From positions 3,648,001 to 3,712,000 of the forward strand of contig OY970067.1 in assembly GCA_963705305.1 (NCBI GenBank): a stretch of 64,000 nt of DNA, written 5' to 3'. This DNA comes from an uncultured Methylomirabilota bacterium. Lineage in GTDB: Bacteria > Methylomirabilota > Methylomirabilia > Methylomirabilales > 2-02-FULL-66-22. Shown one piece after another: positions 19,044-28,313 of the stretch (its first letter is position 1; the number at the start of each line of letters is the position of its first letter). Under the pieces are notes generated by a model. The model searched no databases, was not told the DNA's origin, and was given only the letters and a program-made list of their open reading frames with translations. The position numbers were made by a program, and so were the translations under genes.

Positions 19044-19767
19044 GGTATCGCTCTCCCAGGTAGGCCTGAATGACCTCGGTGTTCACCACGACTTCCTTGG
19101 GGGTGCCCTCCACGATCTTCCGCCCCGAGTTGATCACGATCACCCGGTCCGACAGCTCCATGACCGCCTCCATGACGTGCTCGACGATCACGATCGTGAC
19201 ACCGCTCTCCCGCACCAGGCGGATTAAGGAAATCATCCCTTTGAGTTCGACCGGGGTGAGTCCCGCCATGGCCTCGTCCAGCATCAGCAGCTTTGGCTGG
19301 GTGGCCAGGGCCATGGACACCTCCAGCCGCTTCTTGTCCGCGATGGTGAGTGCTGTGGCTGCCGCATTCCGCCTCTCGAAGAGACCGGTGAATCGCAGCA
19401 CGTCCTCCGCTCGCTTCCGTGCCGTCCCATTCCTGGCGCTGCGCAGGAAGGCGCCGGTCATGACGTTCTCCAAAACCGTCATGTCGCTGATGATCTGGAC
19501 GATCTGGAAGGTTCGGGCGATCCCCATCTTGCAGATCCGATCCGCGCCGAGGTGGGTGATGTCCCTTCCTCGATAGAGAATGCGGCCGCCGTTCGGCGCG
19601 TAAAAGCCCGTGATGCAGTTGAAGAGCGTGCTCTTCCCGGCGCCGTTCGGCCCGATGATGCTGACGATTTCTCGCTCATATACCGAAAACGACACGTTGT
19701 CGTTTGCCAGCAGTCCGCCGAACCGCTTGGTGACGCCCTGCACCTCTAAGAGGGAGGAGGGACTCAT
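19030..19767 (-). CDS. livG: HAAT ABC transporter ATP-binding protein
   Basis: KRFGGL, GPNGAGKST, GIARTFQ, VEHVM, AYLG. Confidence 0.93.
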   Translation of the reverse strand: MSPSSLLEVQGVTKRFGGLLANDNVSFSVYEREIVSIIGPNGAGKSTLFNCITGFYAPNGGRILYRGRDITHLGADRICKMGIARTFQIVQIISDMTVLENVMTGAFLRSARNGTARKRAEDVLRFTGLFERRNAAATALTIADKKRLEVSMALATQPKLLMLDEAMAGLTPVELKGMISLIRLVRESGVTIVIVEHVMEAVMELSDRVIVINSGRKIVEGTPKEVVVNTEVIQAYLGERYHAAS

Positions 19768-20729
19768 GTCTCCCTCCTTCCGATGGTCGAGAGGAGCCCC
19801 CAGACCCCTTTGGGTTGATAGACGGATATCAGCATGATCACCGCCCCGTACACCATCATGTCGAGCCCGGTCCCTTTGTACCCCAGCATGACACGGGTGA
19901 TCTCGGAGATCGGGACCAAAATGGCGGCCCCGATGACTGGCCCCATGATCGATCCCGCCCCGCCCAGCATGGCGACCAGGACGATCTGCACTGAGATGGG
20001 AAGGACCAGGACGCTGTCCGGATCAATGTACAGGATGTACTGCGCGTAGAAGGTTCCGGCCATGGCGGTCAGGAACGCGCTGATCATAATGGCCGCCAGT
20101 CGGTACTGCACGAAGTTGATCCCTAGGACCTTCGCCACGTCGTGGCTCTCCTTGATGGCGCGAAAATAGAAGCCCATCCGCGAGGTCGAGACCCAGGAAC
20201 ACACCATCAGGGATACGAGGAGGAAGCCTAAGATGATGTAGTAATAGGGCGCCTTGCTGGAATGAAACATGAAGTTCGTGAACGACTGAGGGAGCATGGG
20301 GAGCGTCAGCCCCTCGGCGGCGCCGACCAGCTTCCAGTTGTTGAAGTGGATCCGGACAATCTCCGCAAAGGCGATGCTGGCGATGGCGAAGTAGTGGCCC
20401 CGCAGGTTCGAGCAGGGGATGCCGATGGCGGCCGCGGCGATGGCCGCCAGGATCCCGCCGGCCAGCAGTCCCAGCCACGGGCTCACATGATAGGTCGTCA
20501 GCAGGTAGGACGAGGTGTAGGCGCCGATCCCGAAGAAGGCCACCTGGCCGAACGAGAACATCCCGGCGAATCCGCCGATGATATTCCAGGCCACGCCCAT
20601 CATCCCGAACAGAAACACCATGATCATGACGTGCACGGGAAACGATCCCCGGACGATCCAGGGGTAGATGATGAGGAGCAGCAAGACCACGGCGGAGACC
20701 GCAACCTGTCTCGACGAGAATGTTCGCAT
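19764..20729 (-). CDS. livM: HAAT ABC transporter permease
   Basis: 'AWNIIGGFAGMFSFGQVAFFGIGAY', 'LRGHYFAI', 'MLGGAGSIMGP'. Confidence 0.92.
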   Translation of the reverse strand: MRTFSSRQVAVSAVVLLLLIIYPWIVRGSFPVHVMIMVFLFGMMGVAWNIIGGFAGMFSFGQVAFFGIGAYTSSYLLTTYHVSPWLGLLAGGILAAIAAAAIGIPCSNLRGHYFAIASIAFAEIVRIHFNNWKLVGAAEGLTLPMLPQSFTNFMFHSSKAPYYYIILGFLLVSLMVCSWVSTSRMGFYFRAIKESHDVAKVLGINFVQYRLAAIMISAFLTAMAGTFYAQYILYIDPDSVLVLPISVQIVLVAMLGGAGSIMGPVIGAAILVPISEITRVMLGYKGTGLDMMVYGAVIMLISVYQPKGVWGLLSTIGRRET

Positions 20730-20732
20730 GCT

Positions 20733-21593
20733 CTACCACCCCAACAGGCCCTGTGGCCGGATCCACACGGTGATCAGATACACCATGAACACGATGGCGT
20801 ACTTGTACGCCGGATCGAAGAAATACCCCCCCAGGGTCTGTACGAATCCGATCAAGATCCCTGCGATGAACGCCCCCTCGATGCTCCCGAACCCTCCCAG
20901 GGCCACGACGCAGAAGGAGATCAATCCAAAGAGTCCCCCCACCTGCGGGTAGATATAGTAGTACATGGACAGGAACGCCCCCGCGATCCCGACGAGGGCG
21001 GAGCCCAGGCCGAAGGACAGCGAATTGATCCGCTCCGTGTTGATCCCCATGAGCAGCGCGGAATCCCGATTCATCTCGACCGCCAGGATGGCCTTGCCGG
21101 TCTTGGTCTTCCTGAGGAACAGGAACACGGCCGCCGAGACCAGGATGCTCCCCACCGAGGCCGCGAACTTCGGCACGCTCAGCTCCACGGGACCCAGGTT
21201 CCAGGTTCCGCTGAGGAGGGGCTTTTCGATGAGGCGGAAATCGGGAGTCCAGAGCATCACGGCCAGGTTGGCCAGGAAGATGCTGATGCCGAAAGTGACG
21301 ACCAGCTGGGCCAGGATCGGGCCGGTCATCACCTTGCTGACGATGTAACGGTAGACGACCAGGCCCAGGAGGAACAGGACGGCGGCGCAGATGGGAATGG
21401 AAAAGACCGGATCCAGACCGAACAGGGTGTAGAACCAGAACGCGACGAACATGCCGATCATCAGGAAGTCGCCGTGGGCGAAATTGATGATATTCATGAC
21501 CCCCCAGATGAGGGTGAGCCCGATGGCGACAAGCGAGTACACGGACCCGATCAGGAAGCTGTTGACGAGCTGCTGGAGCAGTTGCTGGTCCAT
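20733..21593 (-). CDS. livH: HAAT ABC transporter permease
   Basis: 'GSVYSLVAIGLTLIWGVMNIINFAHG', 'LGGFGS', 'RPQGLLG'. Start taken at ATG 21593. Confidence 0.92.
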   Translation of the reverse strand: MDQQLLQQLVNSFLIGSVYSLVAIGLTLIWGVMNIINFAHGDFLMIGMFVAFWFYTLFGLDPVFSIPICAAVLFLLGLVVYRYIVSKVMTGPILAQLVVTFGISIFLANLAVMLWTPDFRLIEKPLLSGTWNLGPVELSVPKFAASVGSILVSAAVFLFLRKTKTGKAILAVEMNRDSALLMGINTERINSLSFGLGSALVGIAGAFLSMYYYIYPQVGGLFGLISFCVVALGGFGSIEGAFIAGILIGFVQTLGGYFFDPAYKYAIVFMVYLITVWIRPQGLLGW

Positions 21594-21614
21594 GGGGTCT
21601 TCCTTCGCGATTGT

Positions 21615-21645
21615 GAGGGGAGGGGCCCAGGCAGCCCCTCCCCTC
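21615..21645. terminator. stem-loop after the binding-protein gene (mRNA stabiliser or partial terminator)
   Basis: 12-bp inverted repeat GAGGGGAGGGGC / GCCCCTCCCCTC with a 7-nt loop and no U-tract. Confidence 0.55.
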
Positions 21646-21655
21646 CGGACCGGGG

Positions 21656-22930
21656 CTACTTCCGGGACTTCCAGTTTGGGAACGGCCAGATCACCGGCTT
21701 GGCGGCGGCCTCGAATGGCCACACGGTGACGTACTGCTGGTCGAGGATCTGCACGAGCGTGCCGGTGGCATAAATATTCTGCTGGGTCTTGGGATCGAAC
21801 TTGATGCCCTTCCACGGGTACAGCACCTGGTCGCCGGGAATGTTGGTCGCACGAAGGGCCGTGACGATGGCCTCGGCCTCCGTGCTCTTGGCCCGATTGA
21901 TGGCGTCGGCCAAGACGAGGGGCGCGGTGAAGCTGCGGGCCGCGTTCTCGCTCATGTCCATCCCGAATTTCTTCTTATAGAGATCGTTGACCTGGGCCAC
22001 CAGCGGCTTGGTTTTGGCCAAGTCCAGAGCGAAGGTCGATCGGATGATCATGTAGTTTCCGTCGGCCTTCACGGCCGGCAGGTAGCCGGGCTCGAGGTAA
22101 CCGGCCATCGTGACGAAGCCCTGGGGGCTAAACCCCATCTCCTTGAACGTTTTTGTGAACAGGATGGCGTCGGTGATGTAGGAGGCGTGCATCAGGACGT
22201 CCGGGTTGGCCTTGATCAGCCGGCCCACCTCTGACGTGACATCCGTCGCATTCGCCGAGTAGGAGATGTCGGCCACCACTTTGTAGCCGAACTCCTGGGC
22301 ATACTTCTGCTCCTCCTTGCCGACATTGCTGCCGAACTCGGTGTTCTCGTACAGCAGGGCCACCGTCCTGACCTTCTGCTTCTTGACCGTCTCCAGGTCC
22401 TTGAGAAAACTGAACTGGTCGTGGGCGAAGGTCCCGTCATGCGGGCTGACCCGGAAGAAATACTTGAAGTCGCGCTCGGTCAGCGTGGGTGAAGAGGAGT
22501 CCGAGCACACATACGGGATCTTCATCCGCTCGGTGGCCTGACTGGCCGTTTTGGTCACGGCGCTCTGGTAGGCTCCGATCGCCGCCACCACCTTGTCCTG
22601 TGTCACCAGGCGCTCCGCCTCGGCTTGGCCGTTCTTCGGCTCCCCTTTGGTGTCGGCCCAGACCATCTCGATCTTGGCCCCGCCCAGGTTGGGCAGTCCG
22701 GCGCTCTTGGCCAGGGGGAGATTCAGGTCATACTTGCCGTTGATGATGTCTACGGCCATCTCGACGCCCCGTTTGCAATCCAGTCCCGTCGAGGCGAGGT
22801 TCCCCGTCAGGGGATACAGCCCGCCGACCTTGATGGTTTTCTCCTGCGCCTGGACAGGAGAGAGCAGGAGCGGCGATGCCGCCGCAGCCATGCCGTAAAT
22901 CAGGAACTCCCTTCGTCTCATCTTTCCCAT
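21656..22930 (-). CDS. HAAT ABC substrate-binding protein (LivK-like) with Tat-type signal
   Basis: MRRREFL signal, 'IKVGGLYPLTG', 'GAYQS', 'YFFRVSP'. Confidence 0.92.
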   Translation of the reverse strand: MGKMRRREFLIYGMAAAASPLLLSPVQAQEKTIKVGGLYPLTGNLASTGLDCKRGVEMAVDIINGKYDLNLPLAKSAGLPNLGGAKIEMVWADTKGEPKNGQAEAERLVTQDKVVAAIGAYQSAVTKTASQATERMKIPYVCSDSSSPTLTERDFKYFFRVSPHDGTFAHDQFSFLKDLETVKKQKVRTVALLYENTEFGSNVGKEEQKYAQEFGYKVVADISYSANATDVTSEVGRLIKANPDVLMHASYITDAILFTKTFKEMGFSPQGFVTMAGYLEPGYLPAVKADGNYMIIRSTFALDLAKTKPLVAQVNDLYKKKFGMDMSENAARSFTAPLVLADAINRAKSTEAEAIVTALRATNIPGDQVLYPWKGIKFDPKTQQNIYATGTLVQILDQQYVTVWPFEAAAKPVIWPFPNWKSRK

Positions 22931-23739
22931 CGCGGCCCTCCTTGTGGACTCGACACGCTCCATGAATACCAACTTCCCTCTGGCCCTATCGTGCCGCTTC
23001 AGGACTGTCCCGTTCGCGAGTCTCCTGGGGGCGCGCGTTCAAGGGGGGCACGCAGCGTGCAAGTCCGTTCGGTGGCGCGACGTTGCGTTGCGGGCCGCCC
23101 CCGGCGGGGCCGGACGATTGCACCGCGGGAGACTCCGACCCACCCGTCGTCCTGTACGGATGGAGCAGATGCAATCTCAGCGTCGGGGAAATTCTTGGCG
23201 ATGCTCCGGAAAGGGTAGTCGGTGCGGAGGTCGCCCGACCTTGCAGCCATCCCAATGCGTGAATCGCCTCTTGTCCCGCCCTGGTAGTGTGCCCTGGGAA
23301 CGTACCGGACCAGTCGCCCTCCCCAGATCGGAGTTGCCGGTTCCATGCGTGGAAACCTAGCCTCATCGGGACAGATAGAGGGAAACGGTCGATTGAAAGC
23401 GGGCAAGGCACCTAGTCCGTCCCCGTGCCTGGAGGCCGGCAGGCTGACCTCCCGCGCAACGCGGGCCCGAGATACGCGGATATGCCCATCCGAGACGCAT
23501 TCTATCCACAGGGCGGAGTGTCGTGTCAAGCAGATTACCTGATGTGCGGGGAAGGGTACCATTGACGGGGCTCATCAAAATTGCGCGTCCTGCTCACGTC
23601 CCGAATCCTTCAGCCCTCAGCCTATTTCAGCCTGCCGGGACACCCCGGTGCTCCCTGGGCGTGAGGGAGGAGGTCCCGCCCGGCGAGCCTGGACAACATC
23701 GAAAACTTGTCGGGGCGATCGCCTGGCGCTTCCGCGCCG

Positions 23740-24070
23740 CGGCTTGACAGTCATGCCGGGTCGATCGGCGGTCTGGCCGCCCCGATCATCATCGGCTACA
23801 CCTTTGCCCGGATCGGCTTCGGCGGCGTCTTCATCATCACCACCATCGTGCTGGTGGAGCAGGAATCGCGGAGCCTGACCGCGCTGCGGTGCGCGGCGAA
23901 CTGCCGACTGCATCTGCAGGCGGGGGTGACCACGGTCCGGGACACCGGCTCGACGGACGCCATCGCCCTGGCCGTCGCCCGGGGGGTCGAGTTGGGCCTG
24001 ATCCCCGGTCCGCGGGTGGTGGCCTCGGGCCGTGTGATCTACATGACCGGCGGCCATGCCGATTCGCGCC
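23740..24070 (+). pseudogene. chimeric remnant of amidohydrolase fragments and an MFS-like fragment
   Basis: 'GLTVMPG' in one frame, then 'IGGLAAPIIIG...GFGGVFII' joined to 'AGVTTVRDTG...IPGPRVVASG..IYMTGGHAD'. No complete gene. Confidence 0.6.
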
Positions 24071-24211
24071 TGCCCACCGAATCGTACCAGCCGACCGAGC
24101 TTCCCACCGGCACGGTCCACCATGCGCAGTCGGGTAGCCGGAACGCGAGGAACGTCGCAACACTACCAAGAGAAGTGCTGCCGGTATTGATGTGCGTGTT
24201 AGCGCTCAGCC

Positions 24212-24331
24212 TCAGTTGAACAGGTCATTGCTGACCACCAAAGCGGGTCGGCGACCACGCTGCTCGTGACCGGACTGAGGGTCGAACGAAACGGCGACGA
24301 AGTCTCCCTTCCGGGGGATGTACGCCGCCAT
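24212..24331 (-). pseudogene. mazF: truncated MazF/PemK toxin (39 aa)
   Basis: Manual translation MAAYIPRKGDFVAVSFDPQSGHEQRGRRPALVVSNDLFN* directly after mazE. Similarity is lost beyond the stop. Confidence 0.85.
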
Positions 24332-24580
24332 CTACCGTGCCTCCCTGCCGACTGGCGGACCCCAGTCGAACTCCTTCGGCTCGTAGTCTTTCGGAATGAG
24401 CTTGACGAGTTCGCGTAAGTCATGGCTGCCGAGCACCCGGCGCAAAGGTGTGACCACCAGCGCGCCGTCACGCACCGCCACGTCCACCGCATCCCCGACG
24501 TCGATCTCGACATCCGAAAGCAGCGCCTTGCTCAAGCGAAGGCCCTGGCTGTTGCCCCACTTCTGGACTTTTGTGATCAT
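24332..24580 (-). CDS. mazE: AbrB/MazE antitoxin
   Basis: 'KVQKWGNSQGLRL', 'LRELV', 'DWGPPVGRE'. AGGAGG RBS. Confidence 0.92.
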   Translation of the reverse strand: MITKVQKWGNSQGLRLSKALLSDVEIDVGDAVDVAVRDGALVVTPLRRVLGSHDLRELVKLIPKDYEPKEFDWGPPVGREAR

Positions 24581-24756
24581 CGTTGCACCTCCTGCGGATA
24601 TCCATGGTATAGGCGAAAGGCATCCGCTCGGTCAACGCTTTCGGCGGGGTGGCAGCGCCAGGCGTAACCGGCCGCAGGCGCGTGGAGCGTGACGAAAACC
24701 ATGCAGGCACTGCCGGGGCGCGTGGGGTGACGCGGGGGTTATCAGCCTGAAACCAT

Positions 24757-24999
24757 ATGACTGTGTGGTTCGACCCGGGAGATCTGCAATACTCGCCGAA
24801 GGCCCGTCATCCCGATCGCCGCGGCCTCGCTCGGCTCTTCCAGGGGCCCATCGCGGACGCGCTCACGCACGTGGGTCAGATCGCGATGCTGCGGCGGATG
24901 GCCGGATCGCCGGTGCGCGGCGAAAACTACTTCGTAGCGTCGATCGGGAGCGGGCGCGTCGGCGCAGAACAAGAGCCGCCGCGCAAGGAGTTCGAGTAG
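24757..24999 (+). pseudogene. probable C-terminal fragment of a DinB-like protein
   Basis: 'LFQGPIADALTHVGQIAMLRRMAG' resembles the DinB C-terminal HxGQ helix; the N-terminal part looks unrelated. Confidence 0.5.
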
Positions 25000-25179
25000 C
25001 CGCGCGCCCAGCTTTATCCTGCGAAGGGGCGCGCGAGGTGAAGGAGGCGACATCCCGGAGCGCGGATGGCCGCCCCCACGTATGAGTGTCGCCATGGCGC
25101 GGCATGTGATATGTTCAAAACCGGGAGGCGCGGCGTCGAGCGGGGCGGGGTCGTGAGCGGGTGAGACCGTGGGGGACCC

Positions 25180-26187
25180 ATGCGGGGACGGATGCGCCGG
25201 CGGGAGCAGGCCGTCACGGTCGATCTGACGGCTGTCGTGGTGGCCATCACCGGCGATGACCCGCGGGTGCTCGTCGTGCGCGGCGGGAGCGGCGCGGCGC
25301 GCCGGCACCCGGGTCCGTCACCCGTCCGTCCCCACTGCGATGCGCTCCCCTCCGGCCGGCTCGAACCGGCGCATCGCACGCTCGAGGCCGGGCTCCGCGC
25401 CTGGGTGCAGGCGCAGACGCGCGACAGGTTGGGCTATGTGGAACAGCTCTACACCTTCGGGGACCTGGACCGGGCGCGCCCGGCCGGCGCCGCGCGTGCG
25501 CTCTCAATCGGCTATCTTGCCCTGGTGCGGGAAACACCACCGCCCGCCTCCAGCATGGCGCTCTGGCAGAACTGGTACCGGTATTTCCCCTGGGAGGACT
25601 GGCGTGCGCGGCGGCCCGGGATCCTGAGCCGGATCGAGCGGACGCTGCGCCGCTGGGCGCGGGACGCCGCGAGCGGCGACGCGCGCCGTGCGCGGGAAGA
25701 GCGCCTGGCGGTCACCTTCGGACTGGGAGCCGCCTGGAACGACGAGCGGGTGCTCGATCGGTACGAGCTGCTGTACGAGGTCGGCCTCGTCCCGGAAGCG
25801 CACCGGGATGCTGCTCGCCCGTGGGCCCCGCCACATGCCGTCCTCGACGACGCCGCGCCCATGGCGGCCGACCACCGGCGCATTCTCGCCACGGCGGTGG
25901 CGCGGCTGCGCGGCAAGATCAAGTACCGCCCGGTCGTCTTCGAACTGATGCCGCCCACCTTCACGCTGCTCCAGCTCCAGCGCGCGGTCGAGGCGCTCGC
26001 CGGACTCCGCCTTCACAAGCAGAATTTCCGGCGTCTGGTTACCCAGCAGGGTCTGGTCGAGGAGACGGGCCGGATCGTCACCGGGACCGGCGGGCGCCCC
26101 GCCCGCGAGGTCCGGTTCCGCCGCGAGGCCGCGCTCGAGCGTCTGGCGCCCGGGGTGCGCCTCCCCGGGTCGCGGCGGACCGCGTAG
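25180..26187 (+). CDS. nadQ: NadQ/NrtR-family NAD-responsive regulator (Nudix-like + winged HTH)
   Basis: 'LGYVEQLYTFGD', 'YFPWEDWR', 'ERVLDRYELLYE', 'DHRRILATA..RLRGKIKYRPVVFELMP..FTL', 'HKQNFRR', 'TGGRPA'. Lies upstream of nadA. Confidence 0.85.
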   Translation: MRGRMRRREQAVTVDLTAVVVAITGDDPRVLVVRGGSGAARRHPGPSPVRPHCDALPSGRLEPAHRTLEAGLRAWVQAQTRDRLGYVEQLYTFGDLDRARPAGAARALSIGYLALVRETPPPASSMALWQNWYRYFPWEDWRARRPGILSRIERTLRRWARDAASGDARRAREERLAVTFGLGAAWNDERVLDRYELLYEVGLVPEAHRDAARPWAPPHAVLDDAAPMAADHRRILATAVARLRGKIKYRPVVFELMPPTFTLLQLQRAVEALAGLRLHKQNFRRLVTQQGLVEETGRIVTGTGGRPAREVRFRREAALERLAPGVRLPGSRRTA

Positions 26188-26208
26188 CCCCCTCTGTCAC
26201 GATCGGAC

Positions 26209-26237
26209 TTGACACTTATGCTCAAATGTAGCATAAG
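26209..26237 (+). promoter_or_regulatory. nadA promoter with NadQ-like palindromic operator
   Basis: TTGACA at 26209-26214 immediately followed by the palindrome CTTATGCTCAAATGTAGCATAAG, resembling the NadQ consensus ttATRCTC-N-GAGYATaa. Confidence 0.75.
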
Positions 26238-26302
26238 AGAGTATGAGTCCGCGCCCCTGCGCGCTTTCAGAGGTGTCCGAAGGGAAAGAGAGGAGAGTCA
26301 TC

Positions 26303-27331
26303 GTGTGCCCCGAGTCGGTCGGAACCGCTATAGTGTCCGGGAGCGATCTCCGCGCTGTCCTGGCGCGGACCGCGCCGCTCTACGAGCGCGTGAAGGCGAT
26401 CATCCCGCCGATGGAGTGGCCGGCCTTCGCGCCGGACATCGACGCCATCCTGCGCCTGAAGGAGGAGCGCGGCGCGATCATCCTGGCGCACAACTACCAG
26501 ACGCCCGAGATCTTCCACTGTGTGGCCGATATCGTCGGAGATTCGCTGGCCCTCGCGCGGGAAGCCGCCCGAACCGACGCCCGCATCCTTCTAGTCTGCG
26601 GGGTCTATTTCATGGCCGAGACGGCGAAGGTGCTCAATCCGGGCAGGACGGTCCTGAGCCCGGATCCGGAGGCGGGCTGCTCGCTGGCCGCGTCGATGAC
26701 GCCGGCGGACGTGCGGCGGCTGCGCGACCGGCACCCGGGGGTTCCGGTCGTCGCCTACGTCAACACCTCGGCCGAGGTGAAGGCGGAGTCGGATATCTGC
26801 TGCACGTCGGGTAACGCGCGCGGCGTCGTCGAGTCGCTGGGGGTCCCCCGGGTCATCCTGGTGCCCGACGAGTATCTGGCGCGGAACGTGGCGGCGGAGA
26901 CATCCGTGGAGATCATCTCCTGGCGCGGCCGCTGCGAGGTGCACGAGCGCTTCACGGCTGCCGAAGTCCGCGCGCTGCGCGCGGTCCATCCGGAGGTCAT
27001 GGTGCTCGCGCATCCGGAATGCTCCCCGGAGGTGGTGAAGGAGGCCGACTACGTCGGCTCGACGCAGGGGATGAGCGACTACCTGGCGCGCGTGCGGCCG
27101 GGACGCGTCGTGCTCCTGACCGAGTGCTCGATGAGCGATAACGTGTCGATCCAGCATCCCCGGGTGGATTTCGTGCGGCCGTGCAACCTCTGCCCGCACA
27201 TGAAACGGATCACGCTGGGCAAGATCCGCACGTGCCTCGAGGCGCTGCGCCATGAGGTTGCGATCGAGGCGGCCGTGGCGCTCCGCGCGCGCCGGGCGGT
27301 GGAGCGCATGCTGCAGGTGCGCGGGCGGTGA
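26303..27331 (+). CDS. nadA: quinolinate synthase
   Basis: [52 protein letters not shown] start chosen from the AGGAG RBS (alternative ATG 26243). Confidence 0.95.
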   Translation: MCPESVGTAIVSGSDLRAVLARTAPLYERVKAIIPPMEWPAFAPDIDAILRLKEERGAIILAHNYQTPEIFHCVADIVGDSLALAREAARTDARILLVCGVYFMAETAKVLNPGRTVLSPDPEAGCSLAASMTPADVRRLRDRHPGVPVVAYVNTSAEVKAESDICCTSGNARGVVESLGVPRVILVPDEYLARNVAAETSVEIISWRGRCEVHERFTAAEVRALRAVHPEVMVLAHPECSPEVVKEADYVGSTQGMSDYLARVRPGRVVLLTECSMSDNVSIQHPRVDFVRPCNLCPHMKRITLGKIRTCLEALRHEVAIEAAVALRARRAVERMLQVRGR

Positions 27332-27441
27332 CGGGCGCCATGGGGCTCCGCATTCCCGGCGACGGCCAGGCCCTCGACGCGGCCGCCGCCCCCGCCGCGC
27401 TTCCGGACAAAGCCATCCGAGTCGAAAGGATCCATCCATGA
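27328..27441 (+). pseudogene. 37-aa mini-ORF, probable in-frame deletion scar of nadB
   Basis: Its GTG overlaps the nadA stop (GTGA) and its TGA overlaps the nadC start (ATGA). It occupies the usual nadB slot. Confidence 0.55.
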
Positions 27442-28313
27442 TGCCGCTCCCGGACCGTCTTGCGTCGCTGCCCCCGTTGCTTGTCGAACCCGCGGTGCGC
27501 GGCGCCCTGCTGGAGGATTTGGGGCGCGCGGGCGACATCACCACCATGAGTGTGGTGCCGCCGGACGTGCGGCTCGCCGCCGTGGTCGCCGCACGCCAGC
27601 CCGGCGTCGTGGCGGGGCTGGATTGCCTGGTGACGGCCTTTCGGCTGATCGATCCGTCGGTGCGGGTCGAGGTTCACCGGCCGGACGGCAGTCGCGTGGG
27701 GGCGGGGGAGATGGTTGCCTCCGTGTCGGGACCGGCGCGCGGGATCCTCACGGCGGAGCGTGTGGCGCTCAATTTCCTCTGCCATCTCTCGGGTGTGGCA
27801 ACCGCCACCGCCGGCCTGGTCGAGGCCGTCCGGGGCTGCCGCGCCAGGGTCACCTGCACGCGGAAGACCATGCCGGGCCTCCGGGCGCTCGAGAAGCACG
27901 CGGTGCGGGCGGGAGGAGGGATCAGCCACCGGTTCGGCCTGGATGACGGCGTTCTCATCAAGGACAACCACATCGCAGCCGCTGGCGGCATCCGGCCGGC
28001 CGTCGAGCGCGCGCGCCACGCCATCGGCCATATGGTCAAGGTGGAGGTGGAGGTGGAAGATCTGGAGCAGCTCGCGGAGGCGCTCGCTGCCGGTGTCGAC
28101 GCGGTGCTACTGGACAACATGCCGCCACCGGCGCTGGCGGCGGCCGTCACCGAGATCGACGGCCGGGCGATCGCCGAGGCCTCGGGTCGCATCACCCCGG
28201 AGACGGCTCCGGCGATAGCGGCTGCGGGCGTCGACGTGATCTCGGCCGGCTGGATTACCCACAGCGCGCCCGCGTTGGACCTGGGGCTGGACGTGGCGCC
28301 GAGTCCGGCGTGA
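27438..28313 (+). CDS. nadC: nicotinate-nucleotide diphosphorylase (quinolinate phosphoribosyltransferase)
   Basis: EDLGRAGDITT, AERVALNF, TRKTMPGLR, HRFGLDD, IKDNH, EVEVE, LLDNM, EASG. Confidence 0.95.
   Translation: MMPLPDRLASLPPLLVEPAVRGALLEDLGRAGDITTMSVVPPDVRLAAVVAARQPGVVAGLDCLVTAFRLIDPSVRVEVHRPDGSRVGAGEMVASVSGPARGILTAERVALNFLCHLSGVATATAGLVEAVRGCRARVTCTRKTMPGLRALEKHAVRAGGGISHRFGLDDGVLIKDNHIAAAGGIRPAVERARHAIGHMVKVEVEVEDLEQLAEALAAGVDAVLLDNMPPPALAAAVTEIDGRAIAEASGRITPETAPAIAAAGVDVISAGWITHSAPALDLGLDVAPSPA

Noticed and set aside
22990..23700. Riboswitch, tRNA or gene in the long intergenic region
   Set aside because: No recognisable consensus or cloverleaf, and the ORFs lack motifs. A cmscan search is needed to exclude an ncRNA.
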